In this document: piece after piece, positions 1-13,070 of the stretch | How the letters are laid out: every line of letters starts with the position of its first letter | How positions within the stretch are numbered: the first letter of the stretch is position 1 | DNA from: Octopus bimaculoides | Lineage: Eukaryota | Direction: 5' to 3' | Length of the DNA stretch: 50,404 nt | NCBI RefSeq assembly: GCF_001194135.2 | Contig: NC_069000.1 | Span: 3,951,179 to 4,001,582 of the forward strand | Translations under genes and position numbers: made by a program | The notes under the pieces: generated by a model | The model's database searches: none | What the model was told of the DNA's origin: nothing | What the model saw: the letters and a program-made list of their open reading frames with translations, nothing else

Positions 1-563
1 ACCAATACGTGGCTTTGCAAATATATATATTTGCGTGTGTATGTTTGTGTGTGTGTTTGTGTGCATGTGTATGAGCATGTGTGCGTGAGTATGTATATAT
101 ATATATATATATACGTTTATATATTTACATATATACATATGTATATATCGATGTATATATCTATATATATATATTTATATAGATATAGATACATATATAC
201 ATTTATATATATATACATATATATGTCTATATATATATATAGGAACGTGAAAATCACGGTGGTGCACCAGCATGACCGCAGCCACTTGGCTGAAACACAT
301 AAATAAATAAATAAATAAATATATGTGTGTGTGTCTGTATATGCGTGTCTGTGTGCCTGTGTCTCTGTATGTGTCTCTGTGTGTGATTCTGTGTGTGTGT
401 GTGTGTGTGTGTGTTCATGCTTATATCGATCACATAATGCAAGCAAAAAAATGGAATGCAGACAAGACGGCTTAAATGGAAATAGCTATGCGAAACAAGT
501 TATTTTTAAACAAACATCTATAGAGCAGGTGGGGATGTTTGTACATAAAAATAGAGATAGATT

Positions 564-633
<70 letters not shown>

Positions 634-650
634 CATACACATGCATACAT
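1..650. repeat. Compound microsatellite mosaic: (TG)n, (TA)n, (AAAT)n, (GATA)n at ~555-631
   Basis: Simple repeats directly visible. Confidence 0.95.
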
Positions 651-2043
651 TTACAACGTATTTTAATATCTCTGTATATATATATATANNNNNNNNNNNN
701 NNNNNNNNNNNNNNNNNNNNNNNNNNNNNNNNNNNNNNNNNNNNNNNNNNNNNNNNNNNNNNNNNNNNNNNNNNNNNNNNNNNNNNNNNNNNNNNNNNNN
801 NNNNNNNNNNNNNNNNNNNNNNNNNNNNNNNNNNNNNNNNNNNNNNNNNNNNNNNNNNNNNNNNNNNNNNNNNNNNNNNNNNNNNNNNTATATATAGATA
901 CATATATGCTTTCAAAATTTATTAGTTTTCTATCAGTCAGGCGGAAATCGTCTTATTAGACATAAAACCCCTAATTACGTGCAGTTTTGTTTTTGAGTTC
1001 AAATACCTATCTATAGTTAGAATATAGGTAGCATTTTTCAACTCCAGTAATTCGGTACAATTATATTTATGGTGCCTGGGAGCATAAAGCGATGACAAAA
1101 ATGAGGACGTTCGCTCTCCGTTTTATTCGATCGCAGGACATAAACCAATTTCAATGTCAATGAAGTAGTCTTATAGAAGCCATTGATTTGTAACTAAATC
1201 TCTATTTCGCAGGCAGAAAGTGTAATTATGTTTGTAATAGTGTGTTTTGAAAGGCTTTAATGTTAATCCACTGTATGATTTGGTAAAATTAAATTTCATT
1301 ATAACAGAATCTTTCAAATCTAGTTAAAAACGACTTTGATTTTATGTCACTAAATAAGCCCCTTCAATGCAGCTTTCTCAAAGTTCATAAGGTGCATTAA
1401 ATAACAAGAAAAATACTGAAATGTAACAGATGAAAATTGCACTTCAAGCTACTTTTGTTGTCACATGATAACCGTAGCAACGTGATATTTCAAAACAACT
1501 AAAAGCAGCCCTTTTGTTCGAAAGAATCCAAAACAAAGGTTTTCACTACCTAAATTGAAAACTGACTCAATGCTAACATAATTTTAGAGAACGCTTTTCC
1601 TCAAACAATATCGATACAACAATAAGATATTTTATTCTATCACGTGATCTATTCCGTTAAGATATATAGAACTACGTGTCAACACGGATAAGTCACAAAA
1701 ATGACGAAACATCGATGACCATCGCTCTTGAATAAATAACTACATATTGAATAATTAATGATGTACCACCAAAAGCTAAATTATGCAAATTGAGCTATCG
1801 ACTAATGTATAAGCGTCATTTGTGACAATTTTGTAAACTGCTGATCTCTGGTGGTGCAGATGTATCTCCTCGGGTGATACATAAATAAATACAACTCGTT
1901 GAAATGATTACTACGCAATGTAACTTACCGTTTTGTAGAGAGAAAAACAGAGAGATGGAGGAAATATCTTCATTTATATAAAAGATCAAAAATAAAATCG
2001 CAGATGACAAGAAGAGAAACGAACACGCAATCCAGCGAGGAAA

Positions 2044-2075
<32 letters not shown>

Positions 2076-2086
2076 NNNNNNNNNNT

Positions 2087-2249
2087 AAATACACAACGGG
2101 ATTCTTTCAATTTCCGTCAACCGAATCCACTCACAAGGATTTGGTCGGCACGAGGTTATGGTAGAAAACACTTGCCAAAGTGCCAACCGTGTGACTGGTC
2201 ACGAAACCATGTGGTTCGGAAGTAAGCTTCATACCACACAGCCACGCCA
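2087..2249 (-). mobile_element. tRNA-derived SINE family B (my label), 5' half, ending at its internal (TA)n tract
   Basis: Reverse complement reads GGCGTGGCTGTGTGGTATGAAGCTT...CACTTTGGCAAGTG...GTGAGTGGATT...GACGGAAATTGAAAGAATCCCGTTGTG; matches copies at 12509, 26360-26528 and 38761. Confidence 0.85.
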
Positions 2250-2334
2250 GCACCTATCAAAATTAATTTAATGTATCTAATGTGTCAATCGGCATAATTG
2301 CGTCTCTCTCTCTCTCTCTCTTTCTCTCTCTTTT

Positions 2335-2500
2335 TGTATATATAACCTCGTGGGCATCGGTACCATTTTCCTCTTTCTCCGTTCTTCCATTCTCCGAACT
2401 TTCCATCTTTCCGACGAAGGGCTACGCCCGAAACGTCATACACTCTCTCTTTCCTTTCCTGAGCGTCCAATAATACTATCCATATCACGTCCTCACTTTG
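2335..2500 (+). mobile_element. Penelope-like element terminal-repeat fragment, copy 1
   Basis: About 98% identical to 23626-23793; contains CCGACGAAGGGCTACGCCCGAAACGTC, the arrangement typical of PLE minimal hammerheads. Confidence 0.6.
2411..2437 (+). ncRNA. Minimal type-I hammerhead-like motif with non-canonical core; activity doubtful
   Basis: CCGACGA (canonical CUGANGA), extra A, stem II GGGC-TAC-GCCC, GAAA, palindromic ACGT stem III, cleavage triplet GTC; stem I pairs poorly. Confidence 0.35.
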
Positions 2501-2532
2501 TTGTTTTTTTGTTTTTTTGTTATTGTTTTTTT

Positions 2533-2565
<33 letters not shown>

Positions 2566-3426
2566 NNNNNNNNNNNNNNNNNNNNNNNNNNNNNNNNNNN
2601 NNNNNNNNNNNNNNNNNNNNNNNNNNNNNNNNNNNNNNNNNNNNNNNNNNNNNNNNNNNNNNNNNNNNNNNNNNNNNNNNNNNNNNNNNNNNNNNNNNNN
2701 NNNNNNNNNNNNNNNNNNNNNNNNNNNNNNNNNNNNNNNNNNNNNNNNNNNNNNNNNNNNNNNNNNNNNNNNNNNNNNNNNNNNNNNNNNNNNNNNNNNN
2801 NNNNNNNNNNNNNNNNNNNNNNNNNNNNNNNNNNNNNNNNNNNNNNNNNNNNNNNNNNNNNNNNNNNNNNNNNNNNNNNNNNNNNNNNNNNNNNNNNNNN
2901 NNNNNNNNNNNNNNNNNNNNNNNNNNNNNNNNNNNNNNNNNNNNNNNNNNNNNNNNNNNNNNNNNNNNNNNNNNNNNNNNNNNNNNNNNNNNNNNNNNNN
3001 NNNNNNNNNNNNNNNNNNNNNNNNNNNNNNNNNNNNNNNNNNNNNNNNNNNNNNNNNNNNNNNNNNNNNNNNNNNNNNNNNNNNNNNNNNNNNNNNNNNN
3101 NNNNNNNNNNNNNNNNNNNNNNNNNNNNNNNNNNNNNNNNNNNNNNNNNNNNNNNNNNNNNNNNNNNNNNNNNNNNNNNNNNNNNNNNNNNNNNNNNNNN
3201 NNNNNNNNNNNNNNNNNNNNNNNNNNNNNNNNNNNNNNNNNNNNNNNNNNNNNNNNNNNNNNNNNNNNNNNNNNNNNNNNNNNNNNNNNNNNNNNNNNNN
3301 NNNNNNNNNNNNNNNNNNNNNNNNNNNNNNNNNNNNNNNNNNNNNNNNNNNNNNNNNNNNNNNNNNNNNNNNNNNNNNNNNNNNNNNNNNNNNNNNNNNN
3401 NNNNNNNNNNNNNNNNNNNNNNNNNN

Positions 3427-3469
<43 letters not shown>

Positions 3470-3799
3470 TCTGTATGTATTTATGCATGTATGTACGTAT
3501 GTCATTATTCAGTTTTACTTCTTTCCGTTAGAGAAAGAGCCATTTTCTTACCTAGATCCACATTGGTGGATATATAATTTCTTTATTTGTGAATTGACGC
3601 TACCATTGATTTCATGCAAAGAAAATTAGGAAAATATCCTAGTGTCTTAACAAATTTTTCAAGCGGATCACATGTATGTATGTATGTATGTATCGACCTA
3701 ACTATCAGATGTTATACACTATCGATCACAAAGCACTTCCTCTCATTGTTGTAACTCTCGAATGATGCCACTTCCTGTACGAAATATCAACCCGTCCCA

Positions 3800-3940
3800 G
3801 GATCAGCGATGTATAGCTGAGTCGAGTGGAAAACCTCAAATGAAATATTCTGCACAAAGCACTGATTTGTATAGAAATAGAACCTGCGGTTTTGTGATCG
3901 TGAGTGCAACACGTTATCGATCAGGGCATGGCCCTTGACA
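3800..3940 (-). mobile_element. Degenerate tRNA-derived SINE family C head
   Basis: Similar to 39880-39980 (gatcgtgagtgcaacacg...gggcatggcccttgac vs gatcgagagcagaacattt...gggccacaccttttcac); tRNA-like A/B box spacing on minus strand. Confidence 0.55.
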
Positions 3941-3968
3941 TATAAGCGTGAGAGCACGTCTCTGTGTG

Positions 3969-4014
<46 letters not shown>

Positions 4015-4489
4015 TTTATGTGCGTCTGTGGGGGGGGGGCGCGTAACTATGTATGCAAGTATGGATATGTGTTGTCAGGAGTCTTGAACCAAAAATGGTA
4101 TCACAACTTTGAAAAGCCACTGAGAGCAGTCTCACCAAAATTTCAACTTCCTGCGTCTGCTACTACACATACACACACATGTATATATATACATCGAGCA
4201 ATACATAGATATATAGATGTAGATATAAGAATATGTATATATGTGCATATGGATATAGACACATACTAATTGCATCCAACAATACATACACACACATACA
4301 CACATATGTATACACCTACATGCATACATGAATACATTTATACACAAATATACTCGTCTCCGAAATATACATGCAACTAGACACACACACACATATATAT
4401 ATGCAGGTGTAAATACACACATACATATCTACATCCGAAAATGTATACTCACATACATATATACCTACATATATGCATACATAAATACA

Positions 4490-4500
4490 AACATACATAC

Positions 4501-4531
<31 letters not shown>

Positions 4532-4563
4532 CATACATACATACATACATACATACATACATA
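4490..4563. repeat. (TACA)n microsatellite
   Basis: Direct. Confidence 0.95.
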
Positions 4564-4962
4564 CGTACAGGATGGGCAACAAAGAAAAAGCTCTGAATCT
4601 ACGGCTAAATGTAACCGGATTGCTAAAATGACTAATTGCAAATAGCAGGATCGGTCGGTTCTTAAAGACATAATGTCAGATAGAATCACTAAAATAGAGA
4701 AAATAACGAGATGCCACTGAAGAATAAGTGCAAAATGCATTCTTTTGAACTCAATCAGATTTGGGTATTTGTTACTGGGAGACAAACGATTTGATGGAAC
4801 CGCCAATCCCAGCAACCAGAGAAACGAAAAATGGATGGAAGCGTTTATATGAAGAGTGACGTTGGGAAATATTCCACTTTTCTTTACACACGCATACGCA
4901 GACACGCATACACACACACATATATAAATACATGCATACGCATAAGCATATCTGTATATATA

Positions 4963-5003
<41 letters not shown>

Positions 5004-5813
5004 NNNNNNNNNNNNNNNNNNNNNNNNNNNNNNNNNNNNNNNNNNNNNNNNNNNNNNNNNNNNNNNNNNNNNNNNNNNNNNNNNNNNNNNNNNNNNNNNN
5101 NNNNNNNNNNNNNNNNNNNNNNNNNNNNNNNNNNNNNNNNNNNNNNNNNNNNNNNNNNNNNNNNNNNNNNNNNNNNNNNNNNNNNNNNNNNNNNNNNNNN
5201 NNNNNNNNNNNNNNNNNNNNNNNNNNNNNNNNNNNNNNNNNNNNNNNNNNNNNNNNNNNNNNNNNNNNNNNNNNNNNNNNNNNNNNNNNNNNNNNNNNNN
5301 NNNNNNNNNNNNNNNNNNNNNNNNNNNNNNNNNNNNNNNNNNNNNNNNNNNNNNNNNNNNNNNNNNNNNNNNNNNNNNNNNNNNNNNNNNNNNNNNNNNN
5401 NNNNNNNNNNNNNNNNNNNNNNNNNNNNNNNNNNNNNNNNNNNNNNNNNNNNNNNNNNNNNNNNNNNNNNNNNNNNNNNNNNNNNNNNNNNNNNNNNNNN
5501 NNNNNNNNNNNNNNNNNNNNNNNNNNNNNNNNNNNNNNNNNNNNNNNNNNNNNNNNNNNNNNNNNNNNNNNNNNNNNNNNNNNNNNNNNNNNNNNNNNNN
5601 NNNNNNNNNNNNNNNNNNNNNNNNNNNNNNNNNNNNNNNNNNNNNNNNNNNNNNNNNNNNNNNNNNNNNNNNNNNNNNNNNNNNNNNNNNNNNNNNNNNN
5701 NNNNNNNNNNNNNNNNNNNNNNNNNNNNNNNNNNNNNNNNNNNNNNNNNNNNNNNNNNNNNNNNNNNNNNNNNNNNNNNNNNNNNNNNNNNNNNNNNNNN
5801 NNNNNNNNNNNNN

Positions 5814-5859
<46 letters not shown>

Positions 5860-6058
5860 TGTGTGTGTGTGTGCATGTGTGTGTACATGTGTGTGTATGT
5901 ATCTATATATATACTTATGTAAATAAACGCTTACATACACATTCACACATATATACACTAACCCGCACGCACACACACATACACATGCATGTATAGATGG
6001 ACAGATTGAAAGTCAGAGAGAGAGAGAAAGAAAAAGACAGACAGACAGACAGACAGAC

Positions 6059-6091
<33 letters not shown>

Positions 6092-6248
6092 CTTAATTAT
6101 TGATTTTTCGCTTGTGTTGGAGACTAGCTACATCCCATGATGAGACTTTCAATATAGATTGAAATAAGTTTAAAATAAGGATTTCTTTATTAGTGTGGTG
6201 TATATATTTCCGTTTTGAGAAATTTGCCGGAGCTCTTTGACGATTTTC

Positions 6249-6295
<47 letters not shown>

Positions 6296-6615
6296 GTATG
6301 TATTATGTATGTATACATGTATGTACGTATGTATATATATGTCATCGTGTGGGGTTATGTATATACATACGTACATACATACATACATACATACATACAT
6401 ACGTACATACATGCATGCATACATACATGTACCTGTAGGCGCGCGTGCGTGTAAATGCTCAAACGGCAACCACCGTAGCTGGTGGCAAGTTATATTTACA
6501 GCATTGAAGTAATTTATTCCGAAGTGAATAACATCAATAGTTTTAAAATTGAGATTGTGAATTGTCTATCACACCGAATGCCGATCTGTCCGTATAGCGA
6601 ATTCTCTGTTATCAG

Positions 6616-6658
6616 GGCAGTTGAAGAAGAAACAGGAGAAGATGTAAACGAAGAAGAA
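6616..6658 (+). other. Candidate 43-nt GAA-rich exon
   Basis: ttctctgttatcAG acceptor, GAA|GTAGGT donor, purine-rich body (AVEEETGEDVNEEE in one frame); splice motifs only. Confidence 0.2.
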
Positions 6659-7169
6659 GTAGGTAAAAATGCCAAATTAGCAAGCTTAGTGTTTTGGCCT
6701 GTCTGCAACAACGTCTCTACTTTAAGTTGTTATGGATAGCAAATCTCTATCACAGCGCTTGTCAGAATGTCGTGGAACCCATTGCTGTTGTATAGATCTA
6801 TATACTTGTCACAAGCCACGTGTTTACTATCCCGCTGCGTTTTGAAAGAAGTCACGTAGAGTCGTCTATTATTATACAACTGACAGCGAATCAATGCCAG
6901 GCGACGCTGTAGCCAATAAATTGTATTTCTTTCGAAATTCTTCTACAGTTTTTCTTTTGCTTTAAGTACAATCAATTCGGTTTTTAAGGTATTATTCACC
7001 GTTAGCTATAGAAGAAATTGTATGGCGTTACGCTGAAATTCCTCGGTATATTTTCTCAACATGTGTCCCCCCCCCTCTCTCTCTCTCTCTCTCTCTAGCA
7101 CTGAGTGTTAAATTTTATATATTTATCTATTTATTTATTGACTGAGTGAGGTATTAGTAAATTATAAAG

Positions 7170-7378
7170 TGTGGATGAATGAATGGTTGTGTGGTGAGGG
7201 AATCCAGTTCGTAATCACGTAGCCGTGAGTTCGATTCTTTCGTGAGGCAAATGAAGAAAATGTCTGCAGCAGTCTGCATGGTTTCCCCCACGCTTTTCCG
7301 TTGATCTGTTTGATTTAAAACCCTTCAAAGCGGTGCACTAGCATGGCCACAGTCCGTCGACTGAACCAATCTAAAGAA
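7170..7378 (+). mobile_element. Old, internally deleted SINE family B
   Basis: Head tggttgtgtgg...gagttcgattc and tail cttcaaagcggtgcactagcatggccacagtc...gactgaacc match other B copies. Confidence 0.6.
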
Positions 7379-7392
7379 ATCTCCCCAGAAAA

Positions 7393-7615
7393 TTATATCC
7401 TTTCCACTATAGGCACAAGGCCTGAAATGTGAGGGGAGGAGGGGACAGCCGATACCTTGACCCAAATGCGCAACTGGTACTTCATTTTATAGAATCTGAA
7501 AACATAAAAGGCAAAGTCCACCTCGACGATATTTGAACTCAGAACTAAAAGACGGAAGAAATACCCCGAAGCAGTTTGTCCGGTGTACTAAAGTTTCTGC
7601 CCGCTGGTCATCTTT
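7393..7615 (-). mobile_element. SINE family A (my label), near full length
   Basis: aggcacaaggcctgaaat...actggtactt...aaggcaaagtccacctcg...tttgaactcagaac is the reverse complement of the A consensus seen at 33663. Confidence 0.85.
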
Positions 7616-8283
7616 CTCCCCAATATAATGTATCAATACAGTAATTAATTAATTACGCTTTATCATCCATTAGTAATTGCTTTATTAGTTGTTAGAAATG
7701 ATTTCATTCGTTCGTGTACAGTCTGTAGATATAGAAGATCTAGTATTCATCATTAGATGCGAGTTCTGAATAATAGACATTCCACTCGCTATGGTTAATC
7801 TCAGTGGTGATGGTCAAATACATGATTGCAGTGTAGTGACCTCATCACACGTATATAAAGAATTATTACACTCGGTTCCAGACAGAAGATCAAAAACTGT
7901 AATCCCTGGGAAAATTCATCCCAAGATAAATCTGTCACTCGTTTATTTGCTTTGCAAACTCCAACATTAGCTCTAATGCTTCCATAAGAATATTAATTAT
8001 AAAAGCCGGCTATGAAATTAATTAATACGTCTTTCATTAGATATCAGAAGAGATTTTAATTCATTCGAATATACTCTAGGGGGCCAGCAATTCAAAATGC
8101 ATACTGCGTTGACCCATCGATCCTACTTGCCCAATGGCTCATCATATCCTGTTGGTCAAGCTTGGTTCTAGGCGCAACCTATGGTTCAGGTCGCTTCACA
8201 TTGACCTCATGACATTAAAACACACACACGTGTGTGTGGGTGGGGTGGGGGTGGGTTTTAAGTATTATAAGATATTGCTCCAG

Positions 8284-8368
8284 AAGAACAACAACAGAGT
8301 TAAATGAGAATGATGAGGCCATGAATAGAGCCTTCACTATTGTCACGATAGACATCATATACACACAG
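8284..8368 (+). other. Candidate 85-nt exon (coding or UTR)
   Basis: tccAG acceptor, strong CAG|GTAAGA donor, one open frame (RTTTELNENDEAMNRAFTIVTIDIIYTQ). Confidence 0.2.
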
Positions 8369-8582
8369 GTAAGAAATTAATAAAATTCTGGCCTTTAAAG
8401 ACTACTATGGCGATCTTTAGGCAATGGACGTATATAATTATAATTAAAATTTCGATATATTAATCTTCCAACCGTAATGAAGACGTCGAATAATTATTAA
8501 CGCTTGACCTTTTCAAAAGTAGCTTAGCTGTCATTTTGGGAAAACAAATAGAAATTATTAGCATTATACAACCGATATATAC

Positions 8583-8694
<112 letters not shown>

Positions 8695-8962
8695 GTAAAC
8701 ATATATTCATTTCTACAATTCTATATGATGTTTATCATATATATACACAGACATGCATGCATACATACATACATACATTCATACATACATATATACATTC
8801 ATACATACATGCATACGTACACATATACTGATTCGTTTATTCTAATACTTGCATCAGTGGTCGAACTGCAATCATTATTCTGGGGCATTTCCTTTCCATC
8901 CGTGACCAATTAGGAGACATGATCTGCACCATCAATCCAGCTAATTGTGTGTATGTACACAA

Positions 8963-8964
<2 letters not shown>

Positions 8965-9039
<75 letters not shown>
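8965..9039. repeat. (AG)n microsatellite
   Basis: Direct. Confidence 0.95.
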
Positions 9040-9041
<2 letters not shown>

Positions 9042-10639
9042 CAGCGGCAGACAGACCGACATTGATGTATGCATCCTGTGGTTGTTCGTAAGACCGGGTG
9101 CAGTACACAAAGAATAATTCATTCAATTCTCCTGAACGTAGAGTTTTTTTCTTTGTTATGTGACTGGTTTGCAAAATCAATTCTCTGCCGTTTCTAACTA
9201 AGCGAGTTCTTGATGCTTCTTCCATTGGAATTGGCGTCACTCTACAGAGACTGGTTTCCTTGGTTTTAGTCCAAGCGATTTCCATTTTATTCTAAACCAC
9301 ACCACACCACAACCAACTCACCGTATTTTATATACATACTTATATATNNNNNNNNNNNNNNNNNNNNNNNNNNNNNNNNNNNNNNNNNNNNNNNNNNNNN
9401 NNNNNNNNNNNNNNNNNNNNNNNNNNNNNNNNNNNNNNNNNNNNNNNNNNNNNNNNNNNNNNNNNNNNNNNNNNNNNNNNNNNNNNNNNNNNNNNNNNNN
9501 NNNNNNNNNNNNNNNNNNNNNNNNNNNNNNNNNNNNNNNNNNNNNNNATATATATATATATGTGTGTGTGTGTATGTATGTATGTATGTATGCATGTGTG
9601 TGTGTATACATAAAGTATAAATACAGATTTGCAAATATATAGTTTAATATAGGCTATATTATATTAAGTGCTACGAGTTTCTTGCCATACAGACACGTGT
9701 TTAGGCAAGTTTTGTGACTCGTCTTATGTCTGCTAGCAAACTTCAGTCGCTAGGTACATGGTTTGTTCTCTCTATATTTGTGTGTGTGTGTGTGTGTGCG
9801 CGCGTGCGCGCGCGCGAACTGGTACTTATCAGGAGCAGGTAATTCAATTGATTAAAACAACTGAGTCCTAACCTGCATGTATTCCCTGATTACAATGTCT
9901 TACCGACGTGAACTTCCTCTTTCATCACCTGACCCTTACTGTATAAGATAACATGTATCTTCCGTGGCAAATAAAATCCCGGTCAAGGGTAGAGGGTTAT
10001 TCTTCTTTCTTGCCCTTTGCTTTTTCTGTCTCCCTTTTCTCTCTCACTCACATTCATAGTCGCTCTCTCTCTCTTTCTTTCTTTGTCTCTTTCTTTCTTT
10101 CTCTCTCAAGATAGAACTTAGAGCTTACATGCTGGAGCCTTGCAGATTAATACTTATAAAGCAACAGGAACTAAACGAACGGGAAAATTATGTTGAATAA
10201 TCCCGCTAAAATTCTTTCAAACAGCTCGCAATGATTGTTAAGGGAGTTACAAGGGATCCTTCATGGATCTCAGTAGGAGTTTCTGCTTCAACCTGTTGGC
10301 ACCAAGAAAGAATTTCAGTAAAAGGAAATCGTGACGCTACTGCAGACTAAACTGATATCAAATAATTTTCAAATCGCAAATATACACATAAAAAAGCAAC
10401 ATGGCCGCTGCGATAGAATAAAAAGAAAGGAAGAAAAATTAATGAGCGGAGCAATATACTGATAATATTTTATTGAATAAATATATTCACCGTTGTTTCG
10501 CCAGACGTCTTGTTGGCAAAGACGGAGAACATCGATTAGTTTATCCTTTCATCGCCCCCTCCATCACCTTCCTGTTTTCCACTCTTTCTGCACCTATCTC
10601 ATCTTTCCCGTCTTCTGCCTTCATGCATCTTCCGCTTTT

Positions 10640-10690
10640 CGAATCTCTTCGTGATTTCCTTATCTTTCTCTCTCTGCCTCTCTCTCCCCC

Positions 10691-10738
<48 letters not shown>

Positions 10739-10950
10739 ATCTATTTATTTCTATCTCTTTCTCCCACGTTCTCTCTCCTTCCCTTTTTGTCTGTCTCTGT
10801 CTCTCACATTTCTCTGTCTATCTATCTATCTATCTATCTGTATCTACCTTTCCCTTTCTGTCTCTGTGTGTGTGTGTGTCTCTCTCTCTCTCTCTCGCTT
10901 ACATTTATCTCCCTCAATCTATCTAACACACACACACACTCACACTTTCA
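10640..10950. repeat. Long (CT)/(CTAT)-rich polypyrimidine mosaic
   Basis: Direct. Confidence 0.9.
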
Positions 10951-11445
10951 CCCTTTTCCCCCTCCTTACTACTCATTCTGCCTATATCACCTATACAACA
11001 TATACAACTCCACACACACAGAAATATTCTCAAACCTGATTAATTAACAATTCCATCCTCCTCTTCATTCTCAAACACTCTATATCACTCTCTTACAATC
11101 TTTCTATACCTCTCTATTTTCCCCTCTCTTTTCTACCTACCCATCAATCTCTCTCTCTCTCTCTTCTTCTTCTTCTTCGTCTTCTCGTCTTATCACAGAG
11201 GTACTTTACTTTTACATTCAGTCTTAGAATTCCAGTTTTGTCTCGGCCAGTCTCTGCTTCATTAACTCTTATTCTGCAATTATCTTTGCTTACTTCATAG
11301 CCTTCTACGTGTCTGTCTGCAAATCTATCTATCTGTCTATTAATCAGTCTATCTCTCTGTCTAGTACTCCATTCATCCATTTATGTATCTACACATCTCT
11401 GTATCTCTCCTCTACCTCCCCCCTCTCTCTATATATATATATCTC

Positions 11446-11495
<50 letters not shown>

Positions 11496-12508
11496 TACAG
11501 ACTCATATTCCTAAATATATTACATATGTATCTCTGGGTGTGTGTGTATAGACATTTATATGATTTATACAATCACATGTAAATATAAGTGTGCTTGTGT
11601 GAGTGTCTATGTTTTTATGCATGTATATGTATGTGTGTGTGTGTGTGTGTATGTGTGTATGTGCGTGCATGCATGCATCTTTATATGTATGTATATATAT
11701 GTATATATATACACACGCATACATATATATATATATACATAAATACATACATACATGCATATGTATATACGCATATACATATAGCGTCTACTTATACATA
11801 GATGTATAAAAAAAAAGAAAGAGAAAGAAATTCAAAGATTAGTGGAAGAAATAGATTCAAACGCACGTGTGAAGGTCTTTCGTGTCTTGCGACGATGAGT
11901 AAGTAATAATCTACTTTTTCAATATCAGCAAAATGTTCATACTTAAGAAGCGGTTGTTGAGGCTTTTCGCAAATAGAGGGGCCTATAAAGTTGTCGTGAG
12001 TCATGGCAAATGAGAGACAATATTTTGTTTTTTCCCCTGAATCAGTCTTTTTGTATATTCTTTAAAACTAAATTCTGGAGTTTTACCTGAGATATTTCAA
12101 TTTTTATGTTCGGACAATGCATTAATCAGATGGCTTTGTATAGGGTACCGTATTCGATCTGGCAACTGTTCCAGCTTCAATAATATTGCTACACCATGAG
12201 GAAATTCGCGAAAGACCGAGAAAATATACGAGAAAATAAATTTAGAAACATACAAAGCGAAAGTGGAATAATTCCGTTCACGGAATGTGTGTTATGTTCA
12301 TATATTCCGTTAAATGTAAATGTTTAAACATTAAAAGTTAATGTTGAATGTTAATGTGTTTTAACTAGGTGCTGCCGTCTAAAAAGCAAAGAACTCTATA
12401 CCTAATGAGGATAGTAGAAAGGAGGGTGAAAAACTGAAATGTGTTTTACTGTGTATTGAATCCGGCGGTGGGGAAGGCTAGCATTTTGATTACTTAAATA
12501 CATACATA

Positions 12509-12660
12509 GGCGTAGGAGTGGCTGTGTGGTAAGTAGCTTGTTTACCAACCACGTGGTTCCGGGTTCAGGCCTAAAAAAAAAAATGAAGATTCCAGAGTCG
12601 ATGTTATCGATTGAAATCATTTTAAGTTGGTGCGCCAGTAAAGAACTAAAAGATAAAAGA
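12509..12660 (+). mobile_element. SINE family B head (12509-12570) joined by an oligo-A to a degenerate tail
   Basis: GGCGTAGGAGTGGCTGTGTGGTAAGTAGCTTG...GGTTCCGGGTTCAG with A box TGGCTGTGTGG and B box GGTTCAG. Confidence 0.8.
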
Positions 12661-12835
12661 TAAGAAGCACAGAAATTATAGAATTATGAAGAGACTTCGG
12701 TACCGAACGTGGCGTCAGATTTATTAGAAAAGTAATTTTCACTGGAATTTTAAAGATTCGCCCGAGGCCTCATTTAAACGGTCTGACTGAATAAGTCGGC
12801 AAGAGAAACTTCAACACGTATTTATAAAATATATA

Positions 12836-12960
12836 ATGGATGGATGGATGGATGGATGGATAAGTGCATAGGTAGACAGATAGATAGATGGATAGATACA
12901 TACATACATACATACATACATACATACATACATACATACATACATGTATGCAAACATGGT

Positions 12961-13020
<60 letters not shown>

Positions 13021-13070
13021 CAGAAAGACAGATTGATCGAAAGATAAGTAGATAGAGAGAGTCAGACAGA
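12836..13070. repeat. Compound (GGAT)/(TACA)/(GATA)/(GACA) tetranucleotide array
   Basis: Direct. Confidence 0.95.

Noticed and set aside
4565-4860. Possible mariner relic (TACAGGATGG TIR-like start; FVTG-DKRF resembling VTGDETW)
   Set aside because: Needs frameshifts, has no second TIR, and similarity is too weak without a profile search
8941-9285. 114-aa minus-strand ORF
   Set aside because: Last third is (CT)n; no recognisable homology; weak Tc1-like hints in other frames are unconvincing
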